The translations under genes were made by a program, and so were the position numbers. Shown here piece after piece: positions 9,648 through 19,493 of a stretch of DNA of 30,929 bases. The stretch is taken from positions 1-30,929 of the forward strand of contig JAYKGY010000009.1 in assembly GCA_035285545.1 (NCBI GenBank), in the 5' to 3' direction. The stretch comes from Snowella sp. (GTDB lineage: Bacteria > Cyanobacteriota > Cyanobacteriia > Cyanobacteriales > Microcystaceae). The first letter of the stretch is position 1, and the number at the start of each line of letters is the position of its first letter. The notes under the pieces were generated by a model. The model was not told where the DNA came from and did not search any database. It was given only the letters and a program-made list of their open reading frames with translations.

Positions 9648-11378
9648 ATGTTTAATCGTTTAGTTAAGGCCGGGAGTCTTGGTGTAATTAGTCTCGGAAT
9701 GGGATCGGCTTTTCCGGCGATCGCCAATGAGAAACCCGTTACCCCGTTTCAACCGCCATCCTCCTTGGAAATCGTCAAAAAGCGTCAAAATCTCCAGCTT
9801 AAAACCTTCCAAGATAGTAGTTTTAACAACAGCATGGGAGAAATTAACCGGGTTTCGGCCTTAAGCGCGCCTGGGTTGAATCAAGTTACCAATGTGTCTG
9901 AGTTACGGGATGTGCAGCCCAATGAGTGGGCCTACGAAGCCTTAAAAAGCTTAGTCGAGCGTTACGGCTGTATTGTGGGCTATCCCGATCGCACTTTTCG
10001 CGGGAATCGGGCCCTGAGCCGTTGGGAGTTTGCGGCGGGCTTAAATGCTTGCTTAAATACGATGGAACGGTTGCTACAGGAAAATGTCACCGTTTTACGG
10101 GAAGATATCGACAAGCTGAAGCAATTGGCCCAACAATTTGAGCAGGAATTAGCCGCTTTAGGAACCAGGGTGGATAATCTGGAAGCTCGGACGGCCTACC
10201 TCGAAGATCACCAGTTTTCGACCACCACCAAGTTAAATGGGGATGTAATTTTTGCCTATTCTGGGGTTTGGGGTTCCGAACAAGCCGACGGCCCGCCTGG
10301 TGAACCCATCCAAAATGGCCAATTTACAATGAACTATCGATCGCGGATGAATTTCGATACCAGTTTTACGGGTGATGACTTACTGCGGGTGCGAATCCAA
10401 ACCGCCAATTTTTACCTAGCAAGAGCAGGCAGTAACCTCACAGACTTTAACTTTAGTGTAGCCAGCGATCGCAACGTTCCCCAGATTAATAAACTGCAAT
10501 ATCGTTTCCCCGTGGGAGAAAAGGCAACAGTTTGGCTCAGTGGTGCCAAGATGACCCTGGATGATATTGCCGATCCCCTTGCGCCTTTCACCAATTCCTT
10601 CACGGAGGGGGCACTCTCCTTTTTTGGCGCGATCGCTCCCCTTTATCTAACGGCGGATAATATTGGGCCAGGGTTTGGAGCATCCTATAATTTCACCAAA
10701 GAACTCAGTTTAGGCGCGTTTTACTCTGCCGGTTACGGAAATATAACCGAATCTGGCTATGGCTTGTTTAATGGCCAACATTCTGCCGGTGCCCAGTTAA
10801 CCTATCTTCCTTCTGCCGACACCGGAATCGGTATTGCCTATCTCCATCAATATATCCCCCAAAATCAATTTGATAGCTTTTCCGTCCTCGGTTTTACGGG
10901 GTTAGCTAACGCTGATAATCCCTTTAGCTTTGAAGATCGCGAAAATTATGGCGATGGCAATGCCACCTCTTCCGATAGTGTGGCCCTACTCTGGACTTGG
11001 CGGATTGCGGAATGGTTTAGCCTAGAAGGTTGGGGAATGTATACCAGTGCCTATGCCAATGGGGGAGAACGAGGCGGCGACAATGCGGATATTTGGAACT
11101 GGAAAGTCAGTTTTGCTTTCCCTGATCTCTTTAAAGAAGGCAATATTGGCGTTTTGTCAGTGGGCCAACCGCCCTATGCTGCCTATATCAGCAACAAAAA
11201 TAATTTAGCGGATATTACCCCTTCGACGACTACGGCTCCTTGGTTTGCCGAAACCTTCTATGTTTATCAAATCAGTAACAATATTTCGATTACCCCTGGG
11301 CTATGGGTAGGCATTAGTCCTGCGAATAATCGCGATCCTCTGTGGATTGGGGCAATTCGGACTAGCTTTAAGTTCTAA
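9648..11378 (+). CDS. Cyanobacterial SLH-domain outer-membrane porin (OprB/iron-uptake-porin family)
   Basis: Signal peptide, SLH motif DVQPNEWAYEALKSLVERYGCIVGYPDRTFRG, coiled coil, FSTTTKL barrel start, C-terminal IRTSFKF. ATG9648 with GAGGAG RBS preferred over GTG9633. Confidence 0.9.
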   Translation: MFNRLVKAGSLGVISLGMGSAFPAIANEKPVTPFQPPSSLEIVKKRQNLQLKTFQDSSFNNSMGEINRVSALSAPGLNQVTNVSELRDVQPNEWAYEALKSLVERYGCIVGYPDRTFRGNRALSRWEFAAGLNACLNTMERLLQENVTVLREDIDKLKQLAQQFEQELAALGTRVDNLEARTAYLEDHQFSTTTKLNGDVIFAYSGVWGSEQADGPPGEPIQNGQFTMNYRSRMNFDTSFTGDDLLRVRIQTANFYLARAGSNLTDFNFSVASDRNVPQINKLQYRFPVGEKATVWLSGAKMTLDDIADPLAPFTNSFTEGALSFFGAIAPLYLTADNIGPGFGASYNFTKELSLGAFYSAGYGNITESGYGLFNGQHSAGAQLTYLPSADTGIGIAYLHQYIPQNQFDSFSVLGFTGLANADNPFSFEDRENYGDGNATSSDSVALLWTWRIAEWFSLEGWGMYTSAYANGGERGGDNADIWNWKVSFAFPDLFKEGNIGVLSVGQPPYAAYISNKNNLADITPSTTTAPWFAETFYVYQISNNISITPGLWVGISPANNRDPLWIGAIRTSFKF

Positions 11379-11732
11379 TGATTTGCTTTTTGACATTGGA
11401 GAAAGCAGATTAATCTTTCAATAATTCGTGTTAATCGTTCAGGTGCAATACTCCCTAGACGAGCATTAATCACGGATGATTCGACGCTGGTTAATCGTCC
11501 TAACCGAATGACGGAAGCAACTTTTAAACCTGTGCTGATATAGTCGGAGTCTGATGGCTTAATAATCTCGTCAAAGTCTGGCGTTGCTTGATAGAGACGA
11601 GAAGAAATTAAAGCCAGTAATTAGGTCGGGATAACGGCTCGGTGAAATGGCAATCCCTAGAGCAGGACGGAGTTTTCCTGGTTTTAAGTCAGTTTGAGGA
11701 AAACGAATTAAGACGATATCGCCTGATTTCAT
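11375..11732 (-). pseudogene. MazF/PemK-family toxin with a +1 frameshift
   Basis: ATG11732 overlaps the antitoxin stop (ATGA) and reads MKSGDIVLIRFPQTDLKPGKLRPALGIAISPSRYPDL. After one extra A (~11621) the frame continues LLALISSRLYQATPDFDEIIKPSDSDYISTGLKVASVIRLGRLTSVESSVINARLGSIAPERLTRIIERLICFLQCQKANH* (118 aa if repaired). Confidence 0.88.
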
Positions 11733-11962
11733 GGTTTATAGATTTCTTGAGCATCTTCTAGGGAGTATTCAATGTCATCTTCTTCACGGAAAAATTGTTG
11801 TAATGAAAATTCTTGCCAGTCTTTATCTTCCCAGTCACTATAGGCTGGTATATCATTTTGCTGAGCGATGATAGATGCGGTAAAGTTGGCGATTTGTTCA
11901 ACGACGCGATCGGGTAATTGATCAATTTGTTGATGGAGTTTTTCACGGGATGTTATAGACAT
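11729..11962 (-). CDS. Putative antitoxin (DUF2281-like small acidic protein)
   Basis: 77 aa with an N-terminal EKLHQQIDQLPDRVVEQIANF helix pair and an acidic tail. Translationally coupled to the toxin pseudogene. Confidence 0.7.
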   Translation of the reverse strand: MSITSREKLHQQIDQLPDRVVEQIANFTASIIAQQNDIPAYSDWEDKDWQEFSLQQFFREEDDIEYSLEDAQEIYKP

Positions 11963-12046
11963 AAGCTAAATTATTGTTGAATTTTAAGGATTAATTGATT
12001 TAAGTATGATTATTAATTTAAAATTCCATAAACCCAGAAGAACTAA

Positions 12047-12151
12047 TACAGCACTGACCGAGATCTTGATACATGGTTGTTCCTCTAAAAGCCCTGCTTC
12101 ATAAGTATTTCAAGTTTTTATTTGTACGCTGTGATTAAGTAAAGTGCTGTA
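12047..12151. mobile_element. MITE-like element, ~105 bp
   Basis: Terminal inverted repeats TACAGCACT (12047-12055) and AGTGCTGTA (12143-12151), each with an inner TACA/TGTA box. No ORF. Confidence 0.55.
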
Positions 12152-12568
12152 TATGAACTTACTGAGTTTTTTGAATTCATCAGTTAGAAATAAAAACCAA
12201 GAGCTACTTTTATATACTAAAATCTCTCTATTTTGTCCTTAATATTTGATTTCTCAAATAAATCAATCAATTCCAATGAAATATTTACGCCATTCTTGAT
12301 TATGCTCGCCTCTGGTATGTTTAAACAGTTCAAAATGTAAACTACTATTAGGGCCAACGAAATTGGACTGCTAGAGGCATATCAGCTTCTTTGGGGAGAT
12401 AATCTAGCCTATCCACCAATTTTGACATATCTGTTTAATTTACGACGGTTCTATGTTTGAACAACTTTGTCCATAATATTGATAATTTGAGCAACCCTAA
12501 ATTTTCTTGAGCGTATCTTGATAAAGTAAGGATCGGCTGCCTTTAAATCCTAACAACTGCGACTGTTT

Positions 12569-13534
12569 ATGAAACTTGCTTTTATTATCGATCCCCTAGC
12601 TCGTCTTGACCCGACCCATGATACTAGTGTCGCTATTATGGAAGCTGCCCAACTACTCGGTCATGAAGTGTGGGTAACGGAAACCCATCAGTTGAGTGTG
12701 ATGAATGGCAAAGCCTATGCTGCTTTACGACAGGTACAGTTAACGCCGGTGGAATTAGTAGCGGGACTGTGGAAGGTTCCGACGGATTGGTATCAGGTTT
12801 CTGAAGCAGTGGTGCGAAATTTGGAGGAGATGGATGCCGTTTTTATGCGGAAAGATCCGCCGGTGACGGTGCGTTATCTCTATACCACCTATATTTTGGA
12901 TTTAATTGATCCGGCTAAAACGTTGGTGATTAATTCGCCGCCAGGATTACGCAGTGCCAACGAAAAAATGTACACCTTTCAATTTACCTCGGTGATGCCG
13001 GAAACGATGGTGAGTCAGGATAAAGCCTTGATTCGGGCATTTGTGGAAAAGCATCAACAAGCGGTTTTGAAACCGCTAGGGGGAAAAGCAGGGGAGGGAA
13101 TTTTATTTTTAGAACCTGGCGATCGCAATTTTAACTCCATCATCGAAGTAAGTACCCAACAAGGCCAAGAACCCGTCATGGTGCAACGCTTTTTACCCGA
13201 AGCCAAAGACGGCGATAAACGTATTATTTTACTGAATGGCGAACCCATTGGAGCAGTCAATCGCATTCCCACCGGCAAAGAATTTCGAGGCAATATGGCA
13301 GTCGGCGGACGGGTTGCAAAAACGGAGATTACGGAACGAGAACGGGAAATTTGCACAGTAGTTGGGCCAAAACTGCAAAAAGCTGGTCTTTATTTTGTGG
13401 GCATTGATGTCATTGGGGGATATTTAACAGAAGTGAATGTCACCAGCCCGACGGGAATTCGAGAAATCGATCGCCTAGAAAATGTAAGATTAGGCGAAAA
13501 AGTCATTGAATGGTTAGCCGATCAAACGACTTGA
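12569..13534 (+). CDS. gshB: Glutathione synthetase
   Basis: MKLAFIIDP..HDTS, FMRKDPP, ANEK, KPLGGKAGEG, GDKRI, FRGNMAVGG, GIDVIGGYLTEVNVTSPTG. Confidence 0.97.
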   Translation: MKLAFIIDPLARLDPTHDTSVAIMEAAQLLGHEVWVTETHQLSVMNGKAYAALRQVQLTPVELVAGLWKVPTDWYQVSEAVVRNLEEMDAVFMRKDPPVTVRYLYTTYILDLIDPAKTLVINSPPGLRSANEKMYTFQFTSVMPETMVSQDKALIRAFVEKHQQAVLKPLGGKAGEGILFLEPGDRNFNSIIEVSTQQGQEPVMVQRFLPEAKDGDKRIILLNGEPIGAVNRIPTGKEFRGNMAVGGRVAKTEITEREREICTVVGPKLQKAGLYFVGIDVIGGYLTEVNVTSPTGIREIDRLENVRLGEKVIEWLADQTT

Positions 13535-13702
13535 AACCTTTTCTGGAAAGCTGGAAAATTAGAGCAAAAGGTTAAATTGATCGCTTTGTGGGATTGATGG
13601 AGCCAAGCATTCTCCCAGCATTGTAAAGAGAGATTTAATCCCCATTACCATAGCCTTGAACTACACTGGGGTTACTAGGGATAGTTTTGATCGTGATCCC
13701 AG

Positions 13703-14527
13703 GTGAAAAATATGGTAAACAGGGATTGTAAGGAGGTTTTTTCATCGGTTTATGGGCCTGTCTGTTCTTGGCGTTATGGGACTTCCTTGGGCATTGATCC
13801 GATCGGCCAAATTTCAACCTGTTCGTTTAATTGTGTCTATTGCCAATTAGGGGAAATTGAAAACCTAACTCGCGATCGCCGTTTATGGATTCCGACCCAT
13901 CAAATCCTAGCGGATCTCCAAACATTTGCCCCGTGGGAAGTGGATATAATTACCCTCAGCGGGAGTGGCGAACCAACCTTAGCCCTCAATTTGGGAGAAA
14001 TCTTACAGGAAATTAAACGATTAACCCATAAACCCACGCTGGTTCTCACGAATGCCACCTTGCTCTATGATTCTCAGGTACGTCGGGAATTAGCTTGGGC
14101 GGATAATGTGTCAGTGAAACTAGACGGAATCTCGGAGTCTTTATTTCGAGGAATTAATCGACCTGAAGATGGAATTACCCTAAAGCAAACGATGGAAGGC
14201 ATTAAAGCCTTTAAAAAAGAATTTTTAGGCAAACTTTCGCTGCAAACAATGGTCTTATCGCCTTGGTCGTCTGCGATGATGGAACGCTATTTAACTTTCA
14301 TCCACGCGCTACATCCAGATGAGATCCAATTAAATACCCCCACTCGCCCAAAACCGCTTAAACGGGAACTCGCCGGACGGGGAAATCATACATTAGCGGA
14401 CCCGATTGCCTATCCTGTACAGGTTTTAAAAAGTGTCAGTCGAGAACGTTTGCGATCGCTGGCAGACGAAATTACGCAAGCCACCCAGGTTTTAGTTCGT
14501 TATGCACCGAGCCACTCAATGGCTTAA
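13703..14527 (+). CDS. Radical SAM Fe-S oxidoreductase of unknown function (COG0731-like)
   Basis: YGPVxSWRYGxSLGID, CSFNCVYC, ITLSGSGEPTL, VLTNATL, VSVKLD, QLNTPTRP. Start GTG13703 or ATG13712. Confidence 0.8.
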   Translation: MKNMVNRDCKEVFSSVYGPVCSWRYGTSLGIDPIGQISTCSFNCVYCQLGEIENLTRDRRLWIPTHQILADLQTFAPWEVDIITLSGSGEPTLALNLGEILQEIKRLTHKPTLVLTNATLLYDSQVRRELAWADNVSVKLDGISESLFRGINRPEDGITLKQTMEGIKAFKKEFLGKLSLQTMVLSPWSSAMMERYLTFIHALHPDEIQLNTPTRPKPLKRELAGRGNHTLADPIAYPVQVLKSVSRERLRSLADEITQATQVLVRYAPSHSMA

Positions 14528-14867
14528 ATTTAATAACAATTCAATTACAATAATTACAATTTAGGAGTAAACTCTCAGAGATACGCTGCCCATTTATTCA
14601 TCGTTTGTTTGAGTTTTTGTAATTTTATTAACAGAATTTTTTTCAGATTTTCCTTTCTGATCAGACTGATGCGATCGCCGCTTCCCTCCCTCGTCTGATT
14701 CACTCACCCAAACGTTATTTGACAATCTTTGAAACCATCAGCTTGAATGATAATAATCCAGATTAAGGAGCGGATTACAGAGCCATTTTTTTAGTAAATG
14801 CGGTTTTAAATTACCGGATAAGTCTCTTTTTTAATGACCTAACAACCCTTCTATTCTTTTAGGTGTA

Positions 14868-17462
14868 ATGAAATTACCGATCCGTCAGGTGCTTATTTTT
14901 TCTTTTGCATTTGAAGTTTTTGCTGCTGTGGGATTTATTGGCTTTTTATCCTATAAACACAGTCAGACGGCCATTCATGATGTTGCAGAAAAATGGCGGG
15001 GAGAGATTAGTAATCGCATTGAAAGTTATGTTGCGGATTACTTAAATACGGCCCAATTAATGAATCAAATTAGTAAGAAAAGTTTGGTTCAAAATAAAGC
15101 CTTGAATGATTTATCTCAAATCAAATCGTTGCTATACCAGCAAATGCGATCTTTTGAATCGGTTCCCTATACCGCTTGGGGAAGCAACGCAGGGGATTAC
15201 ATCGGCATATTGAGAACACCGGATCAACGTTATCATCTCGAAATGGTTAGCCCTGCCACCCAAGGCCAGTATCGAACTTACGAATTAAAACCCGATGGCA
15301 GCTTAGGAAAATTAGTGAAAACCTTTCCTCGCTATGACCCCCGTTTGCGTCCCTGGTATAGAACAGCGATCGCCGCTAAAGGGGCGACTTGGAGTCCGGT
15401 TTATGTGTGGTTTGATGGGTCTAAAATTGCGATCGATGCCGTTCTCCCCGTTCAGGATACTCAAGGGCAAACGTTAGGGGTGATTGATACCCCCATCCCC
15501 CTGTCGAATATTAGCCAGTTTTTACGTCAACTCCAAATTAGTCCAGGGGGCCAAAGTTTTATCTTGGATCACACGGGCAAGATTGTTGCTAGCTCCCATT
15601 TTGATCCGCTTTTTCAAACCCCGAATGCTTCGTTAAACATCTTAGATGCTCAACACAGCACGGTAGAAGTCATCCAAAAAACGGCAACTTATTTAATCAA
15701 TGAATTTGGGGGGTTAAGTAAGGTTAAATCGCCCCTCAGTTTTTCTTTCCAAAATCAGGATCACCGTCAATTTGTGCGCGTGGTTCCGTTTAATGATCAT
15801 CGCGGTCTTAATTGGTTAATTTGCGTTGTCATCCCAGAAGCGGACTTTATGGAACCCATTTGGGCCAATAGTCGTTTAACCTTATTAATTGCCATTTTGG
15901 CCCTTTTTATTGCCATTATGGTGGGAATTATTACGGCTCAGTGGATTACCGATCCCATTATCGAAATTAATCAAGCCAGTAAGGCGATCGCGGAGGGGAA
16001 ACTCGATCAACAGGTCAATCTGGGCTATAAAAATGAAATTGGGGATTTGGCCAATTCTTTTAATCAAATGGCCACCAAATTAAAACAGGTTTTCCGTGAG
16101 CTAGAGTTTAAAACGCTTCATGATCACTTAACCGGCTTACCCAATCGTGTCCAATTGATGAAACGCTTGCGGGAGGCTTTAACGCGATCGCAAACCTACC
16201 CCTATCCCATTTTTGCCTTATTTTTCCTCGATCTGGATGATTTTAAGGTCGTTAATGATAGCTTAGGGCATTTAGTGGGAGACGAACTGCTCAAGCAAGT
16301 CAGTCATCGTTTAGGCACCTGTGTCCGCCCCTCCGATTGTGTGGCCCGTTTTGGGGGAGATGAATTTGTCATTCTCGTCGAAAATATTAACAATATTGCC
16401 GATGTCATCAAAATTGCTCAACGCATCCTCACCCAACTCAACCATCCTTTTACCCTAGAACATCACCAAATTTTTTCGAGTACCAGCATCGGCATCACCA
16501 TCAGTACCATGGGCTATTCCCAACCCGAAGAAGTGTTGCGGGACGCGGATATTGCCATGTATTCAGCAAAACAGAGTGATAAAGGACGCTATCAAATCAT
16601 GACGACCGCCATGCAGGTGACGGCTATTCAGCGATTTAAACTTGAGCATGAATTACGGGATGCCCTCAAAAATGAAGAATTTTGCTTGTTTTATCAACCC
16701 ATTATTTGTTTGGCAACCGGACAATTAGCAGGTTTTGAAGCCTTGATTCGCTGGCAACATCCGGTACATGGATTAATTAGCCCAGGCGAATTTATTCCTT
16801 TAGCCGAAGAAATTGGCTTAATTAAAGCCTTAGATTTATGGGCATTACAAGCCGCCTGTGAGCAAATGCACCAATGGCAACTGCAATTTCCCCGCTCTAG
16901 CCCCCATTCCTTCATGATGAGCGTGAATTTTTCTCCAATCGAATTAATGCAGCGCAATATTGTCGAAATTGTGACCAATATTATTCGTCGTTATCACTTC
17001 AAACAGTGGTATTTAAAGTTAGAAATTACGGAGAATTCCTTAATTGATACCTTAGTGCAAATCAAGGTTTTACAAGAGCTTAAAAATCTCAATATTAAGT
17101 TATCTCTAGATGATTTTGGGACGGGCTATTCCTCCTTAAGTCGTTTGCATCGTTTTCCCATTGATACCTTAAAAATTGATCGATCTTTTGTGAATCGCAT
17201 TCATTCCGAAGCAGAGGGAGAAAGTATCGTGAATGCCATTATTACCTTAGCCCATAATTTGAAAATGGATGTGATTGCCGAAGGCATTGAAACGGTATTG
17301 GAACGAGATACGTTAAAGGCGTTAGGTTGTGAGTTTGGCCAAGGCTATTTATTTGCTAAACCGTTAGCCGCCGCCGCCGCAACCCAATTAATTCAAGATT
17401 CCCTTGCGACCATCCCCTATTCTTGTTCATTGCGGGATAATTCATCCTCAAGCAATCGGTAG
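14868..17462 (+). CDS. Membrane sensor diguanylate cyclase/phosphodiesterase (TM-Cache-TM-HAMP-GGDEF-EAL)
   Basis: YDPRLRPWY Cache motif, [31 protein letters not shown]-site plus [32 protein letters not shown]. Confidence 0.93.
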   Translation: MKLPIRQVLIFSFAFEVFAAVGFIGFLSYKHSQTAIHDVAEKWRGEISNRIESYVADYLNTAQLMNQISKKSLVQNKALNDLSQIKSLLYQQMRSFESVPYTAWGSNAGDYIGILRTPDQRYHLEMVSPATQGQYRTYELKPDGSLGKLVKTFPRYDPRLRPWYRTAIAAKGATWSPVYVWFDGSKIAIDAVLPVQDTQGQTLGVIDTPIPLSNISQFLRQLQISPGGQSFILDHTGKIVASSHFDPLFQTPNASLNILDAQHSTVEVIQKTATYLINEFGGLSKVKSPLSFSFQNQDHRQFVRVVPFNDHRGLNWLICVVIPEADFMEPIWANSRLTLLIAILALFIAIMVGIITAQWITDPIIEINQASKAIAEGKLDQQVNLGYKNEIGDLANSFNQMATKLKQVFRELEFKTLHDHLTGLPNRVQLMKRLREALTRSQTYPYPIFALFFLDLDDFKVVNDSLGHLVGDELLKQVSHRLGTCVRPSDCVARFGGDEFVILVENINNIADVIKIAQRILTQLNHPFTLEHHQIFSSTSIGITISTMGYSQPEEVLRDADIAMYSAKQSDKGRYQIMTTAMQVTAIQRFKLEHELRDALKNEEFCLFYQPIICLATGQLAGFEALIRWQHPVHGLISPGEFIPLAEEIGLIKALDLWALQAACEQMHQWQLQFPRSSPHSFMMSVNFSPIELMQRNIVEIVTNIIRRYHFKQWYLKLEITENSLIDTLVQIKVLQELKNLNIKLSLDDFGTGYSSLSRLHRFPIDTLKIDRSFVNRIHSEAEGESIVNAIITLAHNLKMDVIAEGIETVLERDTLKALGCEFGQGYLFAKPLAAAAATQLIQDSLATIPYSCSLRDNSSSSNR

Positions 17463-18542
17463 ACAAAACCGAAATTCGCTGCCTTTTCCCAATTCACTTT
17501 GTACTTCAAGGGTTCCGCCCTGTAATTCCACTAAGCGACGGGCGATCGCGAGACCAATACCTGTTCCCCCCGAATAGCGTGACCGCGATTTATCAGCCCG
17601 CCAAAAACGCTCAAAAATAAACGGTAAATCCTCCTCTCGGATGCCAATCCCCGTATCAATAACTGCAATCCAAACCTGGTGTTTATCCCGCCAAGCTTTG
17701 AGGATTATTTCTCCTTTTTCCGTATAGCGAATGGCATTGCCTAAAAGATTCACTAAAATCTGTTCTGTTCGGTCTAAATCTGCCATGACTAACGGTAAAT
17801 CATCAGGATAGTTTAATTTTAGGATGGGGCCATCTTCTAATAATTGGTCGGTAAATTTTTCTACTAAAGCCGTTAATAATGGGAGCAAGTTAATCGGTTG
17901 TACATTAATGGATAAATAACCTGCCTCCGCCTTAGAAAGCTCCTGAAGATCACTGGTTAACCGTTCTAAACGACGAGTTTCTTTCACTAAGCGAAAATAA
18001 AGTTCGGATGTCGGCTCAATGCGACCATCGGCCAATTCTTCTAAGTACCCCCTGACCACAGTTAAAGGCGTGCGTAATTCATGGGTTAAATCACTCATCA
18101 GATCCCGCCTACGTTGTTCGACCCCTTCTAAACTGCTAGCCATGCGATTAAAACTATGACCCAGTTGATTTAACTCTGGAATCCCGCTTTCGGGCATCCG
18201 TTCGTCTAAATCCCCAGCCGCAAATTTTTGGGTAATCGATTTCATTTGATTTAAAGGCTTCATAATCCGTTCCGCCGCTAAATAACTCAATCCCCCTGCC
18301 GCACTGGCCCCAAAAATAATTGACCACACTGCGCTACTATTCCAAGCGGTTTCAAACCCCCGAATTAAATACGTCCGAGCCGATCGCACGGTAATAAAGC
18401 CTTGATGCTCTAGTTGCTCTAACCGTAGGACAAACATCCGCGGCGAAGAAAGTTTCGCTAGGGCCACAAAACTGCCTAATCCCACCAACATAACAATGAA
18501 GTGAGAGAGGAAAAGGCGGGTTCCTAAACCTAATTTGGCCAT
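17448..18542 (-). CDS. Sensor histidine kinase (2 TM, HAMP, HisKA, HATPase_c)
   Basis: H-box [10 protein letters not shown]-box [30 protein letters not shown]. No response regulator nearby. Confidence 0.93.
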   Translation of the reverse strand: MAKLGLGTRLFLSHFIVMLVGLGSFVALAKLSSPRMFVLRLEQLEHQGFITVRSARTYLIRGFETAWNSSAVWSIIFGASAAGGLSYLAAERIMKPLNQMKSITQKFAAGDLDERMPESGIPELNQLGHSFNRMASSLEGVEQRRRDLMSDLTHELRTPLTVVRGYLEELADGRIEPTSELYFRLVKETRRLERLTSDLQELSKAEAGYLSINVQPINLLPLLTALVEKFTDQLLEDGPILKLNYPDDLPLVMADLDRTEQILVNLLGNAIRYTEKGEIILKAWRDKHQVWIAVIDTGIGIREEDLPFIFERFWRADKSRSRYSGGTGIGLAIARRLVELQGGTLEVQSELGKGSEFRFCLPIA

Positions 18543-18625
18543 GACAATCGAGTGTTTAAATCCCAGCTCTGGATTAACAGCAAAACACAGGTTAATAAAA
18601 TAGATCTATCTTCTAAATATTCTAA

Positions 18626-18707
18626 TGGGCAACGAGAGACTCGAACTCTCACGACCGAAGCCGCCACATTTTGAGTGTGGTGCGTCTACCAATTCCGCCA
18701 GTTGCCC
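18626..18707 (-). tRNA. trnL-CAA: tRNA-Leu (anticodon CAA)
   Basis: Minus strand GGGCAACTGGCGGAATTGGTAGACGCACCACACTCAAAATGTGGCGGCTTCGGTCGTGAGAGTTCGAGTCTCTCGTTGCCCA. Acceptor stem GGGCAAC/GTTGCCC, anticodon arm CCACA-CTCAAAA-TGTGG, long variable arm, GTTCGA T-loop. CCA not encoded. Confidence 0.97.
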
Positions 18708-18720
18708 TAAACGCTTTTTG

Positions 18721-18750
18721 ATTATACTCCCTTAAGTCATCGGATTACAA
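18721..18750 (-). promoter_or_regulatory. sigma70-type promoter of tRNA-Leu
   Basis: Minus strand TTGTAA (18750-18745), 18-nt spacer, TATAAT (18726-18721), 13 nt before the tRNA. Confidence 0.6.
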
Positions 18751-18778
18751 GTTTTTTCCTGTCCTGAAACCCATTCGG

Positions 18779-19366
18779 CTAACGGGGGGAAAGGGCTTGC
18801 AGCCAGCGACGACTAATCGCTTTGACAACCTTACGTTGATGAACCATGTGGACGATCACAAAGGCTAAAAAGGCGTAGGAAAACCAAAAGTGCATATTGC
18901 CGGCAACATCAACTAACGCCTTATTTTCAGGAAAAAGATCGGGCAAAACAATTCCCATAATTTTTACATTATTGGCCTTAAAAGAATTCGACAAGAAGAA
19001 ACCCGTCAATGGGACTGCCCACATAAAAACATAAAGCAGGGTATGGAGAGCGGTTTTGGACCACCACTCAGCCGAAAACTTCGGCAGACGACGGCTATAT
19101 TTTTTCCACCATACTCGCAGTAGTAAAAAAACGCGCCAGGTGATTAAGGCGAGCACCAATGCCCCTAATCCTTTATGAAATCCATAGGCACTTCCCCGAA
19201 ACGTGGCTTTTTCAGGAATCCAGTTTGTCATGATATAGCCAGTCGCGAATAGGATAAAGTAACCCCAGGACATGATCCAATGGAGAGACATCAATTGCTG
19301 AAAAGCGGAGGTTAGGCGAGGAACAGCTTTTTTCGCAGTGGTAGAGTTTACAGTGGCTTTGGTCAT
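18779..19366 (-). CDS. Cytochrome b561 (CybB/YceJ-like di-haem membrane protein)
   Basis: Four TM helices with haem-ligand His (LHWIM, FHKGLG, LHTLLY, MHFWF/VHM) and VPLTG. Start moved to ATG19366 because a -10-like TATACT lies at ~19414-19419 inside the longer ORF. Confidence 0.85.
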   Translation of the reverse strand: MTKATVNSTTAKKAVPRLTSAFQQLMSLHWIMSWGYFILFATGYIMTNWIPEKATFRGSAYGFHKGLGALVLALITWRVFLLLRVWWKKYSRRLPKFSAEWWSKTALHTLLYVFMWAVPLTGFFLSNSFKANNVKIMGIVLPDLFPENKALVDVAGNMHFWFSYAFLAFVIVHMVHQRKVVKAISRRWLQALSPR

Positions 19367-19493
19367 GGGAACTAGAACAAATGTTGTAGGTAAAGTTAAG
19401 GTGTTATCTCTGGAGTATAACGTTGACCCAATCCCTAAAACCATTCGCACAAGGGGGAATGGATGAACCAAGACCAACCAGAATCCCAGAGTA

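Noticed and set aside
14544..14560. HLR1 site upstream of the GGDEF-EAL gene
   Set aside because: The TTACA repeats are 9 bp apart rather than 10.
18626..18707. tRNA-Leu as integration site of an island
   Set aside because: I saw no integrase and no duplicated tRNA 3' end in the window.
19367..19477. N-terminal extensions given by the ORF track for cytochrome b561 (and for gatB, 22792..22881)
   Set aside because: The extensions are non-homologous and contain -10-like promoter boxes; downstream ATGs fit family starts better.
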